Shown piece by piece: positions 55,989 to 64,000 of a stretch of 64,000 bases of DNA; positions within the stretch are counted from its first letter, which is position 1, and each line of letters opens with the position of its first letter. The notes under the pieces are model-generated. The model searched no databases, was not told where the DNA came from, and was given only the letters and a program-made list of their open reading frames with translations. A program made the translations under genes and the position numbers. The stretch is taken from NCBI GenBank assembly GCA_963761335.1, contig CAVXGR010000013.1, positions 202,511 through 266,510 of the forward strand, written 5' to 3'. This DNA comes from an uncultured delta proteobacterium (GTDB taxonomy: Bacteria; Desulfobacterota; Binatia; HRBIN30; BPIQ01).

Positions 55989-58007
55989 ACGGCGCAGATA
56001 CGGATTCACGCCGGGATCGGTCTGCGGGTAGATGAAGGAGCGCGCCCGCAGCACCGGGTTGGAGACCTCGGCGCACAGGGCGCGGATGTCGCGCGCCTGC
56101 GCCTCGTCGTGCCAAAAGCGCATCTTCTTCGGCTGCTGCAGGCGGAACTCGCTGGGATCGACGCGAAACTCGCGGGCCATGATGCGGTCGAAGGCGAAGC
56201 GAAAGGTGCCCTCGGGCTCCAGCTCGCTGTCGAGGATGCGGCGCCGGCGCAGGCGGCTGTACTCGATCAGCTCGTCGACGTACTCCGCCAGCGAGGAGCA
56301 ACCCCGATCGGCGGCGGCGATGCATTCCCAGAGCGCCTGGCGGGATACTCCGAGAATCGGCTCGATGTGCTCGAGCAGGGCGATCGCCTTGAGCGTCCCC
56401 AAGCTGTTCTTGTACTCCTCGAGCGCATAGCGCTCGAGATTGGCGGGGTCGCGGAAGTAGTCCAGGCAGGCCTCGCGGGAGTCGAAGAGATAGCTGCGCA
56501 CCCCTTCCTCGAGGGCGGCGTACACCGCCTGCAGCTCCGCCGGAAAGGAGCCGAACTGCGCATGGCAACGCTCCACGAAGTCGAACATCGACAGGCCGAG
56601 GGCGCGGGTGAGGCCGTGGATCTCCTCGAGGTAGATGTCGTTGTAGAAGATCTCCACCGAGAGCTCGAAGCGCTTGCAGGAGAGGTACTCGGCGAAGCTC
56701 ATGGTGTTGGTGGCAATGACGATCTCGGTCACCTCGACGCTCGGGAAAGGTGCTCCGGTGAAGCGGTAGCTGCCGTGGCACTGGGGCAGAACGCGGAAGC
56801 GCGTGTCCAGCTCGAACTGCCGCCGCGTCGCCTGGCTGGCCAGGTCGGTTCCCGGCAGCAGCACCAGCGGATACATCTTGATGCGCTGCATGCCGGCCTC
56901 CATGGCGGCGCGGATCGAGCCGAGGTGAGAGCCCACGGTGTCGCCCGGCAGATTGAGGATGAGCTCGGTGTAGGAGCGCTGGTCGAGCTCCATCGCCGCG
57001 CGCGCCATGTCCATGAGGATGGCCTCGGAGATGTTGGACCTCTTGATGTTGCGCAGTGTCTGCGGGTCGGTCGACTGCAGCGCCGGGCCGAAGCGCATGG
57101 CGCCCTTGGTGCGCCGCACGGCCTCGAGGACGCGCTCCTTGCGGTTCTTGCCGGTCGATACCTCGATGGTCTCGGGCCAGCCGTGCGCCTCGCGCACCTC
57201 GGCGATGACGTCGCAGATCTCGAGGTCGTTGGCATACATGCCGAAGTTCGAGTCGGCGATGTGCAGGCGGGGCGGACCGCCCGCCATGCGGTGGGCGATG
57301 TATTCGAGCTCGGCGCGAAACCTGTCGGTCGTCGTCGAGCCGAGCTTGGTGTAGTAGTCCTCGCCCTCGACGCAGAAGGTGCACTGGAAGGGACAGCCGC
57401 GCTTGGTCTGGATCAGGGGCACCAGGTCCTTGCGCGCGAAGAACTTGTCCATCAGCCCGCACAGGTACGGCGACGGAAACTCGTCGAGGTTGCGCTGCCG
57501 CAACGCCGGCGTCGGGGCGATCAGCTCGCCGTCCAGCAGGTAGTGGACCGCGGGAATCTGCGGTCGCCGGCGCCGCAGCGCGCCGGCGTCGAAGTCGACC
57601 TCCCGCAACTGCCGGAGCAGCTCGAGGAAGGGGATCTCGCCTTCCTTGTAGACGTAGAAGTCGACCAGGGGATGGCTCTCGAGGAAGGCGCGCTGCTGCT
57701 CTGCCTCGATCGGATAGTTCGGCCCGCCCATGATGATGACCGTCTGCGGCGCCAGTGCCTTTGCCTGGCGGATGACCTCGTAGCCGAGCTCGAGGTTCCA
57801 CACGTAGTTGGTGAAGCCCATCACCTCCGGCGTGTGCGCCGCGAACACCTCGCCCAGGCTCTCCGGCGAGCGGAAGATCTCGATGCAAGCGCTCTCCAGG
57901 CCGGCCGCAGCGTAGGCGCCGACGCAACCCGCCGCATACGGGAACGTCTTGTTCTGGTTGTGCGGGTGGAGCATGTCGCCCAGGAGTATGCTGATCGAGT
58001 CACTCAT
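55974..58007 (-). CDS. B12-binding radical SAM enzyme (third, divergent type)
   Basis: GFTNYVWN, IMGGPN, EGE, KRGCPFQCTFC, ADSNFG. Confidence 0.88.
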   Translation of the reverse strand: MSDSISILLGDMLHPHNQNKTFPYAAGCVGAYAAAGLESACIEIFRSPESLGEVFAAHTPEVMGFTNYVWNLELGYEVIRQAKALAPQTVIIMGGPNYPIEAEQQRAFLESHPLVDFYVYKEGEIPFLELLRQLREVDFDAGALRRRRPQIPAVHYLLDGELIAPTPALRQRNLDEFPSPYLCGLMDKFFARKDLVPLIQTKRGCPFQCTFCVEGEDYYTKLGSTTTDRFRAELEYIAHRMAGGPPRLHIADSNFGMYANDLEICDVIAEVREAHGWPETIEVSTGKNRKERVLEAVRRTKGAMRFGPALQSTDPQTLRNIKRSNISEAILMDMARAAMELDQRSYTELILNLPGDTVGSHLGSIRAAMEAGMQRIKMYPLVLLPGTDLASQATRRQFELDTRFRVLPQCHGSYRFTGAPFPSVEVTEIVIATNTMSFAEYLSCKRFELSVEIFYNDIYLEEIHGLTRALGLSMFDFVERCHAQFGSFPAELQAVYAALEEGVRSYLFDSREACLDYFRDPANLERYALEEYKNSLGTLKAIALLEHIEPILGVSRQALWECIAAADRGCSSLAEYVDELIEYSRLRRRRILDSELEPEGTFRFAFDRIMAREFRVDPSEFRLQQPKKMRFWHDEAQARDIRALCAEVSNPVLRARSFIYPQTDPGVNPYLRRSRFC

Positions 58008-58056
58008 GAAGAACGTCTCGGCGCTGACTTCGTGGAAAGCGGGTCGATACCCTGAC

Positions 58057-59517
58057 TTACAATGGCGCTTGCCCCCGGCGCAAGCCGCTTCCTCGCCGCC
58101 GCATGCGCTCGAGGACGTTGGCGGTGATGCGCTGCGCCCGCGGATCGGGGCCCTCGGGGATCGCTTCGTAGGTCAGCGGGCGCACCTGACCGGGCGGCTC
58201 GGACAGCCCGTGAGACCACCAGCAGCTCGAGGCGTTGAAGACGAAGTTGCCGCGCGGCCCGGGGTACACGGTGGCGGTGTACACACCCTCGCCGTGATGG
58301 CTCCGCGTCGGACCGGTGGCGACGATCTCGAGACCTGGAATGGCCGCCGGCTCGGCGTGGTATTCCCAGCCGACCAGCCCGGCGATGCCGTCGCCGCGGC
58401 GCATGCCGGTGCCCTCGAAGAGCCAGTGTTCCGGCGCGGCGCAGATCCAGGCGCCGCTGCCGGTGGCCGGGACCGGGGTGCGGGCGCCAACCAGGGCGCT
58501 CTCGCTCGGCGCCGACTGCGCCAGTCGCCGCGCTTCGGGAAACCACTCGAACTCCTCCGGATGCGTGCCGCCGAAGCGGTCGAGGCGCGAGAAGACGCGG
58601 TCCGGCCGCCCGGCGCTCGACCGCCGCAGACCGATCAGCCCGCAGCAGGTGTTGCCGGAGAGGAAGGCGACGTCGAGTCCCTCGGCGATCAGGCGCCGCA
58701 GCCCGGTGAACATCTCCATGGTGTAGTACTCGTCGTGGCCGACGGACAGAAAGCCGTGTGCCCGCGCCAGCGCTCCCGGATCCCGATGCGTGTCGATGCC
58801 GGAGACGTAGGTGACGTCGTCGCCGCGCGACTCCATCCAGTAGGCCAGCGGGTACTCCCAGAGCAGCCATTCCCCCGATCCGGTCGACAGCGGCGCATCG
58901 ACGATCTGGCAGTACTTGCCGTACGGGCGGTCGAAGCTGACGTCGGCATCGGGGCCCCAGGCCCAGAACTTCTCGCCGTCGTCGTACAGCGAATAGCGAT
59001 CCGGCCAGCGGTTGTATGCCTGCCAGGTCAGGTCGGAGCACTGGAGGACGAAGTCGGCCGGGCGCTGGTCGCGAACGATGAAGATCAGGTAGCTCTGCAC
59101 CCCGTCGCGCTCGGCGGTGAGCTTGCCGAGATAGACCCCGCTCACCCAGTCGGCGGCAATCTCGACCGCGGCGCAGCTCTTCCAGCGACACTCGCGCAGC
59201 CGCTTCGCGCCAACCGGCGGCTCGGGCTGCGCCGTGCCGCGGAAAGGTCCGAGGCGCAGGACGCTTCGCGCGCCGCTGCCGCTGTAATGGCCCATGCGGT
59301 ACAGCTCCAGGGTGAAGGCCGAGGGCGGGTCGGTGCTGACGTGAAAGGAAATCGATTCGCCGGCGCGGACGCTGGTGGCGGAGCAGTAGCCCTCGATCCA
59401 CGGACAGCGGAAGCGACTGGCCGAATCGATCCTCGGGTTGTCGAGAAGCCAGTCGCGGGTTCCCGGGCGCGCGTTCTCGCGGCGAATCAGATCTGGGTCG
59501 CGCGGCGGGGCGGACAT
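58057..59517 (-). CDS. N,N-dimethylformamidase beta-subunit-like domain protein
   Basis: IEGY....SV..G, TWQAYN.W, SFDRPY, FLSVGHDEYY, FLSGN motifs. Confidence 0.75.
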   Translation of the reverse strand: MSAPPRDPDLIRRENARPGTRDWLLDNPRIDSASRFRCPWIEGYCSATSVRAGESISFHVSTDPPSAFTLELYRMGHYSGSGARSVLRLGPFRGTAQPEPPVGAKRLRECRWKSCAAVEIAADWVSGVYLGKLTAERDGVQSYLIFIVRDQRPADFVLQCSDLTWQAYNRWPDRYSLYDDGEKFWAWGPDADVSFDRPYGKYCQIVDAPLSTGSGEWLLWEYPLAYWMESRGDDVTYVSGIDTHRDPGALARAHGFLSVGHDEYYTMEMFTGLRRLIAEGLDVAFLSGNTCCGLIGLRRSSAGRPDRVFSRLDRFGGTHPEEFEWFPEARRLAQSAPSESALVGARTPVPATGSGAWICAAPEHWLFEGTGMRRGDGIAGLVGWEYHAEPAAIPGLEIVATGPTRSHHGEGVYTATVYPGPRGNFVFNASSCWWSHGLSEPPGQVRPLTYEAIPEGPDPRAQRITANVLERMRRRGSGLRRGQAPL

Positions 59518-60515
59518 GACTCGTCGATGGAAGCGCGGCGGTTGGGGTACTCCGGCAGGCCGTGCTCCTCGTCGAGGTCGCGCAGCTGATAGAACGGCAG
59601 AGCCTGTTGCAGCTGATAGAGGCGCTGGCAGTACTGTCCCAGCAGGGCCACCAGGGCGCCGAGCAGTCCACCGGCGAGGAGCACGAGGCCGGCCATCACG
59701 TCGCCGAACGGCAGCAGGACGACTCCGGCGAGTGCCGCAACGATGGCGGCGATGCCGGCGGCGAGGAAGGGACGATCGGCGGTCAGCATGAAGTAGTCCA
59801 CAGCGATGCCGAGCAGCGACAGGAAGGAATGGCCGCCGGACTTCTGCGCCAACGGCCGCAGCGGAACCTCGGTGACGCGGCGGGCGCGGCGCAGAAAGAC
59901 GGGGGTGAGAAGGCGGCGGCTCTCGCCCTCCGACTCGAGATCGCGGACGACCCACGACTGGAAGCTGCGCATGCCGCAGCCGATGTCACGGATGTTGCTT
60001 CTCGTCCGGCGCCGCGCGTAGATGTTCATCAGCCACGACGGCAGGCGCCTGGTCAGCAGTGGGGCGCGGCGGTTCTCGCGGTAGCCGCAGACCAGGTCGT
60101 AGCCGCGCTGCAGAGGCTCGAGCAGCGCCGGGATGTCCTCGGGGCAGTTCTCCAGATCCGCGTCCATGCAGATCGCCCAGCGGCCGCGGACCAGATCGAA
60201 GCCGGCACAGACCGCCGCCTGACTGCCGAAGTTGCGCACCAGGGCAAAGGGGCGAACCCGCGGGTCGCGGGCGGCTCGGGCGCGCAGCAGGGGGAGGCTC
60301 TGATCGCGGGAGCCGTCGTCCACGAAGATGAGCTCGAAGGAGACGCCCATCGGCTCGAGCACGGCGACCAGCCGGTCGATCAGCTCCTCCAGCGTGGAGG
60401 AGTTGTTGTAGACCGGAATGACCACCGAGAGGTCGAGCTCGCCTGCGGGTCGAAGCTCGCCGCGGGCACCCGACCCGATGCGACTCGCTCCCACGCCTGG
60501 ATTGCCGTTGCGCAT
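59487..60515 (-). CDS. GT2 polyprenyl-phosphate glycosyltransferase
   Basis: VIPVYN, VDDGSRD, RNFG, DADL, C-terminal TM hairpin. Confidence 0.88.
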   Translation of the reverse strand: MRNGNPGVGASRIGSGARGELRPAGELDLSVVIPVYNNSSTLEELIDRLVAVLEPMGVSFELIFVDDGSRDQSLPLLRARAARDPRVRPFALVRNFGSQAAVCAGFDLVRGRWAICMDADLENCPEDIPALLEPLQRGYDLVCGYRENRRAPLLTRRLPSWLMNIYARRRTRSNIRDIGCGMRSFQSWVVRDLESEGESRRLLTPVFLRRARRVTEVPLRPLAQKSGGHSFLSLLGIAVDYFMLTADRPFLAAGIAAIVAALAGVVLLPFGDVMAGLVLLAGGLLGALVALLGQYCQRLYQLQQALPFYQLRDLDEEHGLPEYPNRRASIDESCPPRRATQI

Positions 60516-60781
60516 CTTATCGCCGGACGCTACTACTTTCTTTTTGCCCGTGCCATACGAATAATCTGCGCCAGAGTTTCATGGCTCGACCGCTGCCGCA
60601 CGCCGAACTGTACGAAGCGCCCGCCCCGACGGCGGCGGTGGACGTCTCCGTTCTCATTCCCGTCTACAACAACGCCGACACCCTCGACGAGCTGATCGAC
60701 CGGCTGCTCGCCGTGCTCGAGCCGATGGGCGTCTCCTTCGAGCTCATCTTCGTGGACGACGGCTCCCGCGACCAGAGCCTC
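60294..60781. repeat. 93-bp inverted repeat (2 mismatches; 64-bp perfect core) inside the divergent GT2 paralogs
   Basis: 60294-60386 is the reverse complement of 60689-60781; perfect core 60304-60367 / 60708-60771. Confidence 0.9.
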
Positions 60782-61555
60782 GAGATCCTCGAGCGCCGCG
60801 CCGACACCGATCCGCGCCTGCGCGTCTTCGCCCTGGTGCGCAACTTCGGCGGCCAGGCCGCCTCGGCCGCCGCCTGCGACCAGGCCCGCGGCCAGCGCGT
60901 CGTCCACATCGACGCCGATTTGGAGAACTATCCGGAGGACATCCCGCGCCTGCTCGAGCGCCTGGACGGCGATTGCGACCTGGTCTGCGGCTACCGCGAG
61001 AACCGCCGCGACCCGTGGATCAGCCGCCGCCTGCCCTCCTTCCTGATCAACGTGTACGTGCGCCGCCAGACCGGCACCGAGATCCGCGACGTCGGCTGCG
61101 GCCTGCGCGCCTTCGAGGCGCGCCTGATCCACGACCTGCCAGCCGAAGGCGAGGCCCGGCGGCTGCTCACCCCGGTATTGCTGCGGCGCTCGCGGCGGAT
61201 TCTCCAGGTGCCCGTGCGCCACCGGCCCCGGCCGGGGCGCGGCGGACATTCGTTCTTCTCACTCCTCGGCATCTCCATCGACTATTACATGCTGACGGCG
61301 CGCCGCCCATTCCTGATCAGCGGACTGGTGTCGGCGGCGGCTGCGGCCGCCGGGATCGGTATGCTCACCTCCGGCCGGGTCCTCGCCGGTCTGCTGCTGA
61401 TCGGCGCCGGTGGCGTCGGCGCCATGCTCTCCCTGGTCGGCGAGTACGCGCAGCGGGTCTACCAGCTGGCGCAGGGCATGCCGTTCTACAAGCTCCGCGA
61501 CCTCGATCGCGAAGACGCCAGCGCCGCCGAGGAGCACCAGCGCACGGCCGGATAA
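60581..61555 (+). CDS. GT2 polyprenyl-phosphate glycosyltransferase (divergent paralog)
   Basis: LIPVYN, VDDGSRD, RNFG, DADL; colinear with 59487-60515. Confidence 0.88.
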   Translation: MARPLPHAELYEAPAPTAAVDVSVLIPVYNNADTLDELIDRLLAVLEPMGVSFELIFVDDGSRDQSLEILERRADTDPRLRVFALVRNFGGQAASAAACDQARGQRVVHIDADLENYPEDIPRLLERLDGDCDLVCGYRENRRDPWISRRLPSFLINVYVRRQTGTEIRDVGCGLRAFEARLIHDLPAEGEARRLLTPVLLRRSRRILQVPVRHRPRPGRGGHSFFSLLGISIDYYMLTARRPFLISGLVSAAAAAAGIGMLTSGRVLAGLLLIGAGGVGAMLSLVGEYAQRVYQLAQGMPFYKLRDLDREDASAAEEHQRTAG

Positions 61556-61562
61556 CCATCGG

Positions 61563-61639
61563 GGGGACAGGCACCTTTTCGGCTGAGACGGTCAGTGTCC
61601 TGTTCGACTTTCCCTTTCGCCGAAAAGGAGCCTGTCCCC
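61563..61639. repeat. REP-like inverted repeat GGGGACAGGCACCTTTTCGGC...GCCGAAAAGGAGCCTGTCCCC
   Basis: 21-bp arms with 1 mismatch, intergenic. Confidence 0.8.
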
Positions 61640-61711
61640 ATCCCGGAAATGCTGTTGCAATCGCCGGGAGGCGGCGATACAGGAACCGTGTCCCTGGGGG
61701 GGGATTGCTCA

Positions 61712-63475
61712 GTGCGTGTTTTGAGAACCGTCTTGGTCGCCCCGTCGCGGTATGACGAGCGCGGCGTGGTGGTCTTTCGCATCGGCATCAGCCCGAACGG
61801 CGCGCTCGGAGCTCTGGCCGGTCTGGCGGAGGACTACAACCGCCGGCACGCCGGCCACACGCGCATCGACTACGAGTTCTTCGACGAGCACGTGCGGCAG
61901 GCAATCGACGCAGAGCTGCTGCGGCGCTGGCGCGACGAAGCCGCCGCCGCGGGGCAGCGTTTCGTGCTCATGCTCTGCGGTGTGCAAACGGTTACCTACC
62001 CGCGAGCGCGCGACATCGCGCTGATGGCGCTGCGCGAGGGCATCGCAGTCATCGCCGGCGGCGTGCATCTCTCGGCGCACGGTCCGTCGGTCGACTTCCT
62101 GGTGTCCTGTGGCGTGCGCGTGGCGATCGGCGAGGTCGAGCCGATCTGGGACGGTATCGTCGAGGACGCCCTCTGTGGGACGCTGCGGAGCATCTATCGC
62201 ATCGCCCCCGAGCAGGGCATCCGGGTCAAAGCGGCGACCTCGGAGATGATTGCCCCGGACATCGCCGCGGTGCCCTTCCCCCACATCCCCGCCGCGTGCC
62301 GTCGCCACTACATCAATCCCTCGCAGCTCTTCATCGACGGATCGCGCGGCTGCCCCTTCCTGTGCACCTTCTGCGTGGTCAAGAACGTCTTCGGCCGCAC
62401 GGTGCGCAGCCGCGACCCGGCGCGACTGGCGGAGTGGATGATGGAGCGCGTGCGCCGCGACGGGGTGCGCGCCTTCAGCTTCACCGATGACAACTTCGTG
62501 CGCAATCCTCGCCACATGGAGCTGCTCGAGCGGCTCGCCGAGGCGCGCGCCGGCGGCGCCGAGTTCTCGCTCTGGCTGATCCTCGACGTCGAGTCGACCT
62601 GCTACGCGCGCGACGACTCGCCGCGCGGCGAGCGCACCCGCGAGTTTCTGCACCTGTGCCGCGCCGCCGGTGTCGGGCACGTCTACATGGGGCTGGAGAG
62701 CACCAACGACGCGGTGCTGCGCGAGATGCGCAAGGGCGTCAACCGCGACCGGGAGGACATCCACGGCGCGGCGGGCAACCACGACGGCGACGCCGCCCGC
62801 CGCCGCCTGATCCACCGCTACCGCACCGCGGTGCGCGCCTGGCACGACATCGGCGCCTCCGTCGAGTGCGGCTACATTCTCGGCTTTCACGCCGACCAGC
62901 GGGGTGTCGGCGCGCAGGCGGCGCGCGACCTGATCGAGATCGGCGTCGACGTCGCTACCTTCTTTCTGCTGGCGCCGCTGCCGGGGTCGGAAGACTACGC
63001 ACGCGCCGTGCGCGAGGGCACTCTGGCCGAGAGCGATTTCAACGAGTTCTTTCAGCGCTCGATGCTGCGCCACCCGGTGCTCTCTGCGGCCGAAATGGAG
63101 GCCGAGCTCGACGAAGCGGTGCAGCGGATGTGGAGCCTGCCCAACGTGGTTCGCCGGGTCGCCGGCGGCGTCTTCGGAATCGGCCGCCGACGCGTGACGA
63201 CGCCGTGGATCTACTTCAAGCGACAGGTCGGATACAAGGTCATGATCAGCACCGGGCTGCACACTTACGTCGAGGGCGGGCTACTGCGGCGCCGCAGCCC
63301 CTCCAGCGCTCGCCGTCTGGCGATCGACGACCAGGAGGCGCGCACCCTTTACCTCGGCGACGACCCGGGAGGGCGCTCCGCCCTGCCCCCGATCATGCGC
63401 GACGCCTCCAGCATGGAGTCCCTGCCCGTGCTCCGCGACCACCTCCTGACCGAGACCGCCCGCCTCGCCGGCTGA
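61712..63475 (+). CDS. B12-binding-domain radical SAM enzyme, paralog 2
   Basis: Colinear with 43794-45575 (SRGCPFLCTFCVVKNVFGRTVRSRDP identical); GTG start inferred from the alignment. Confidence 0.85.
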   Translation: MRVLRTVLVAPSRYDERGVVVFRIGISPNGALGALAGLAEDYNRRHAGHTRIDYEFFDEHVRQAIDAELLRRWRDEAAAAGQRFVLMLCGVQTVTYPRARDIALMALREGIAVIAGGVHLSAHGPSVDFLVSCGVRVAIGEVEPIWDGIVEDALCGTLRSIYRIAPEQGIRVKAATSEMIAPDIAAVPFPHIPAACRRHYINPSQLFIDGSRGCPFLCTFCVVKNVFGRTVRSRDPARLAEWMMERVRRDGVRAFSFTDDNFVRNPRHMELLERLAEARAGGAEFSLWLILDVESTCYARDDSPRGERTREFLHLCRAAGVGHVYMGLESTNDAVLREMRKGVNRDREDIHGAAGNHDGDAARRRLIHRYRTAVRAWHDIGASVECGYILGFHADQRGVGAQAARDLIEIGVDVATFFLLAPLPGSEDYARAVREGTLAESDFNEFFQRSMLRHPVLSAAEMEAELDEAVQRMWSLPNVVRRVAGGVFGIGRRRVTTPWIYFKRQVGYKVMISTGLHTYVEGGLLRRRSPSSARRLAIDDQEARTLYLGDDPGGRSALPPIMRDASSMESLPVLRDHLLTETARLAG

Positions 63476-63512
63476 GCGACGGTCTCCGTTTCGACCGACT
63501 CGGGCTCGACCC

Positions 63513-64000
63513 ATGAACTCCAGCCAGCTCTTCGAGCCAACCCTCGGCGCCTACTTCGGCTACTGCATCGGCTTCTGGCTGCGTTACTTCGCCATCGCCG
63601 GGTTTCTCTACTGGTTCTTTCACGTCGCCTTCTCGCATCGCTGGCTCCGCTACCGAATCCAGCCGCACTTTCCTCCGGGGGCACAGGTCGCCCACGAGAT
63701 CTTCTGGTCCATCTCCAACACCTTCTGCACCGGCCTCTCCACACTGCTCCTCTACCGCCTGGTACGCGACGGGCGGACGAGCATGTACTTCGACGCTGGC
63801 GCCCACGGCTGGGGGTACTTCGTCCTTTCCATCGCCGCCGGCATCATCGCCTACGACTCGTGGTTCTACTGGCAACACCGGCTGCTGCACACACAATGGC
63901 TGTTCGCCAAGGTGCACGCCGTGCACCACCGCGCCACCAATCCGACCGCCTTCGGTGCCTTCGCGCATCATCCTCTGGAAACGTTCATGGGGAACGCCTT
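63513..64000 (+). CDS. Sterol desaturase family, copy 3 (3' truncated by window edge)
   Basis: Translated manually: MNSSQLFEPTLGAYFGYC...YWQHRLLH...HAVHH; absent from the ORF track because it has no stop in the window. Confidence 0.88.
   Translation, partial: MNSSQLFEPTLGAYFGYCIGFWLRYFAIAGFLYWFFHVAFSHRWLRYRIQPHFPPGAQVAHEIFWSISNTFCTGLSTLLLYRLVRDGRTSMYFDAGAHGWGYFVLSIAAGIIAYDSWFYWQHRLLHTQWLFAKVHAVHHRATNPTAFGAFAHHPLETFMGNA

Overview
GC-rich bacterial chromosomal window. The CAGDCxGD motifs and Pro/Thr linkers suggest Candidatus Binatota or a related deltaproteobacterial-type lineage, but this is inference only. The left part (1-17 kb) is cell-surface biology: a Geobacter-like aromatic-rich type IV pilin, two Hsp20 genes behind a candidate RNA thermometer, an orphan MurG-family glycosyltransferase convergent with an STT3/AglB-type oligosaccharyltransferase, two tandem Cys-rich Ig-domain secreted proteins, and two NHL-repeat lipoproteins, one of which carries a cytochrome P460-like domain and a second c-type heme domain. 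From about 17 kb to the right edge lies a large, paralog-rich tailoring locus that I cannot match to a described pathway. It has 4 copies of a GT-C-like polytopic membrane family, 3 polyprenyl-phosphate GT2s, 4 radical SAM/SPASM enzymes (3 close paralogs), 3 B12-radical SAM enzymes, 3 sterol-desaturase-family enzymes, 2 ferritin-like diiron enzymes, a Rieske oxygenase, an MBL-fold enzyme, WbqC, a WecD-like GNAT, patatin, an SDR and a DMFase-like protein. Non-coding observations are a recurring octamer-periodic intergenic hairpin architecture, REP-like palindromes and a 93-bp near-perfect inverted repeat inside two divergent GT2 paralogs. Several frameshifted genes may be pseudogenes or assembly indels. 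I saw no rRNA, tRNA, CRISPR array or transposase.
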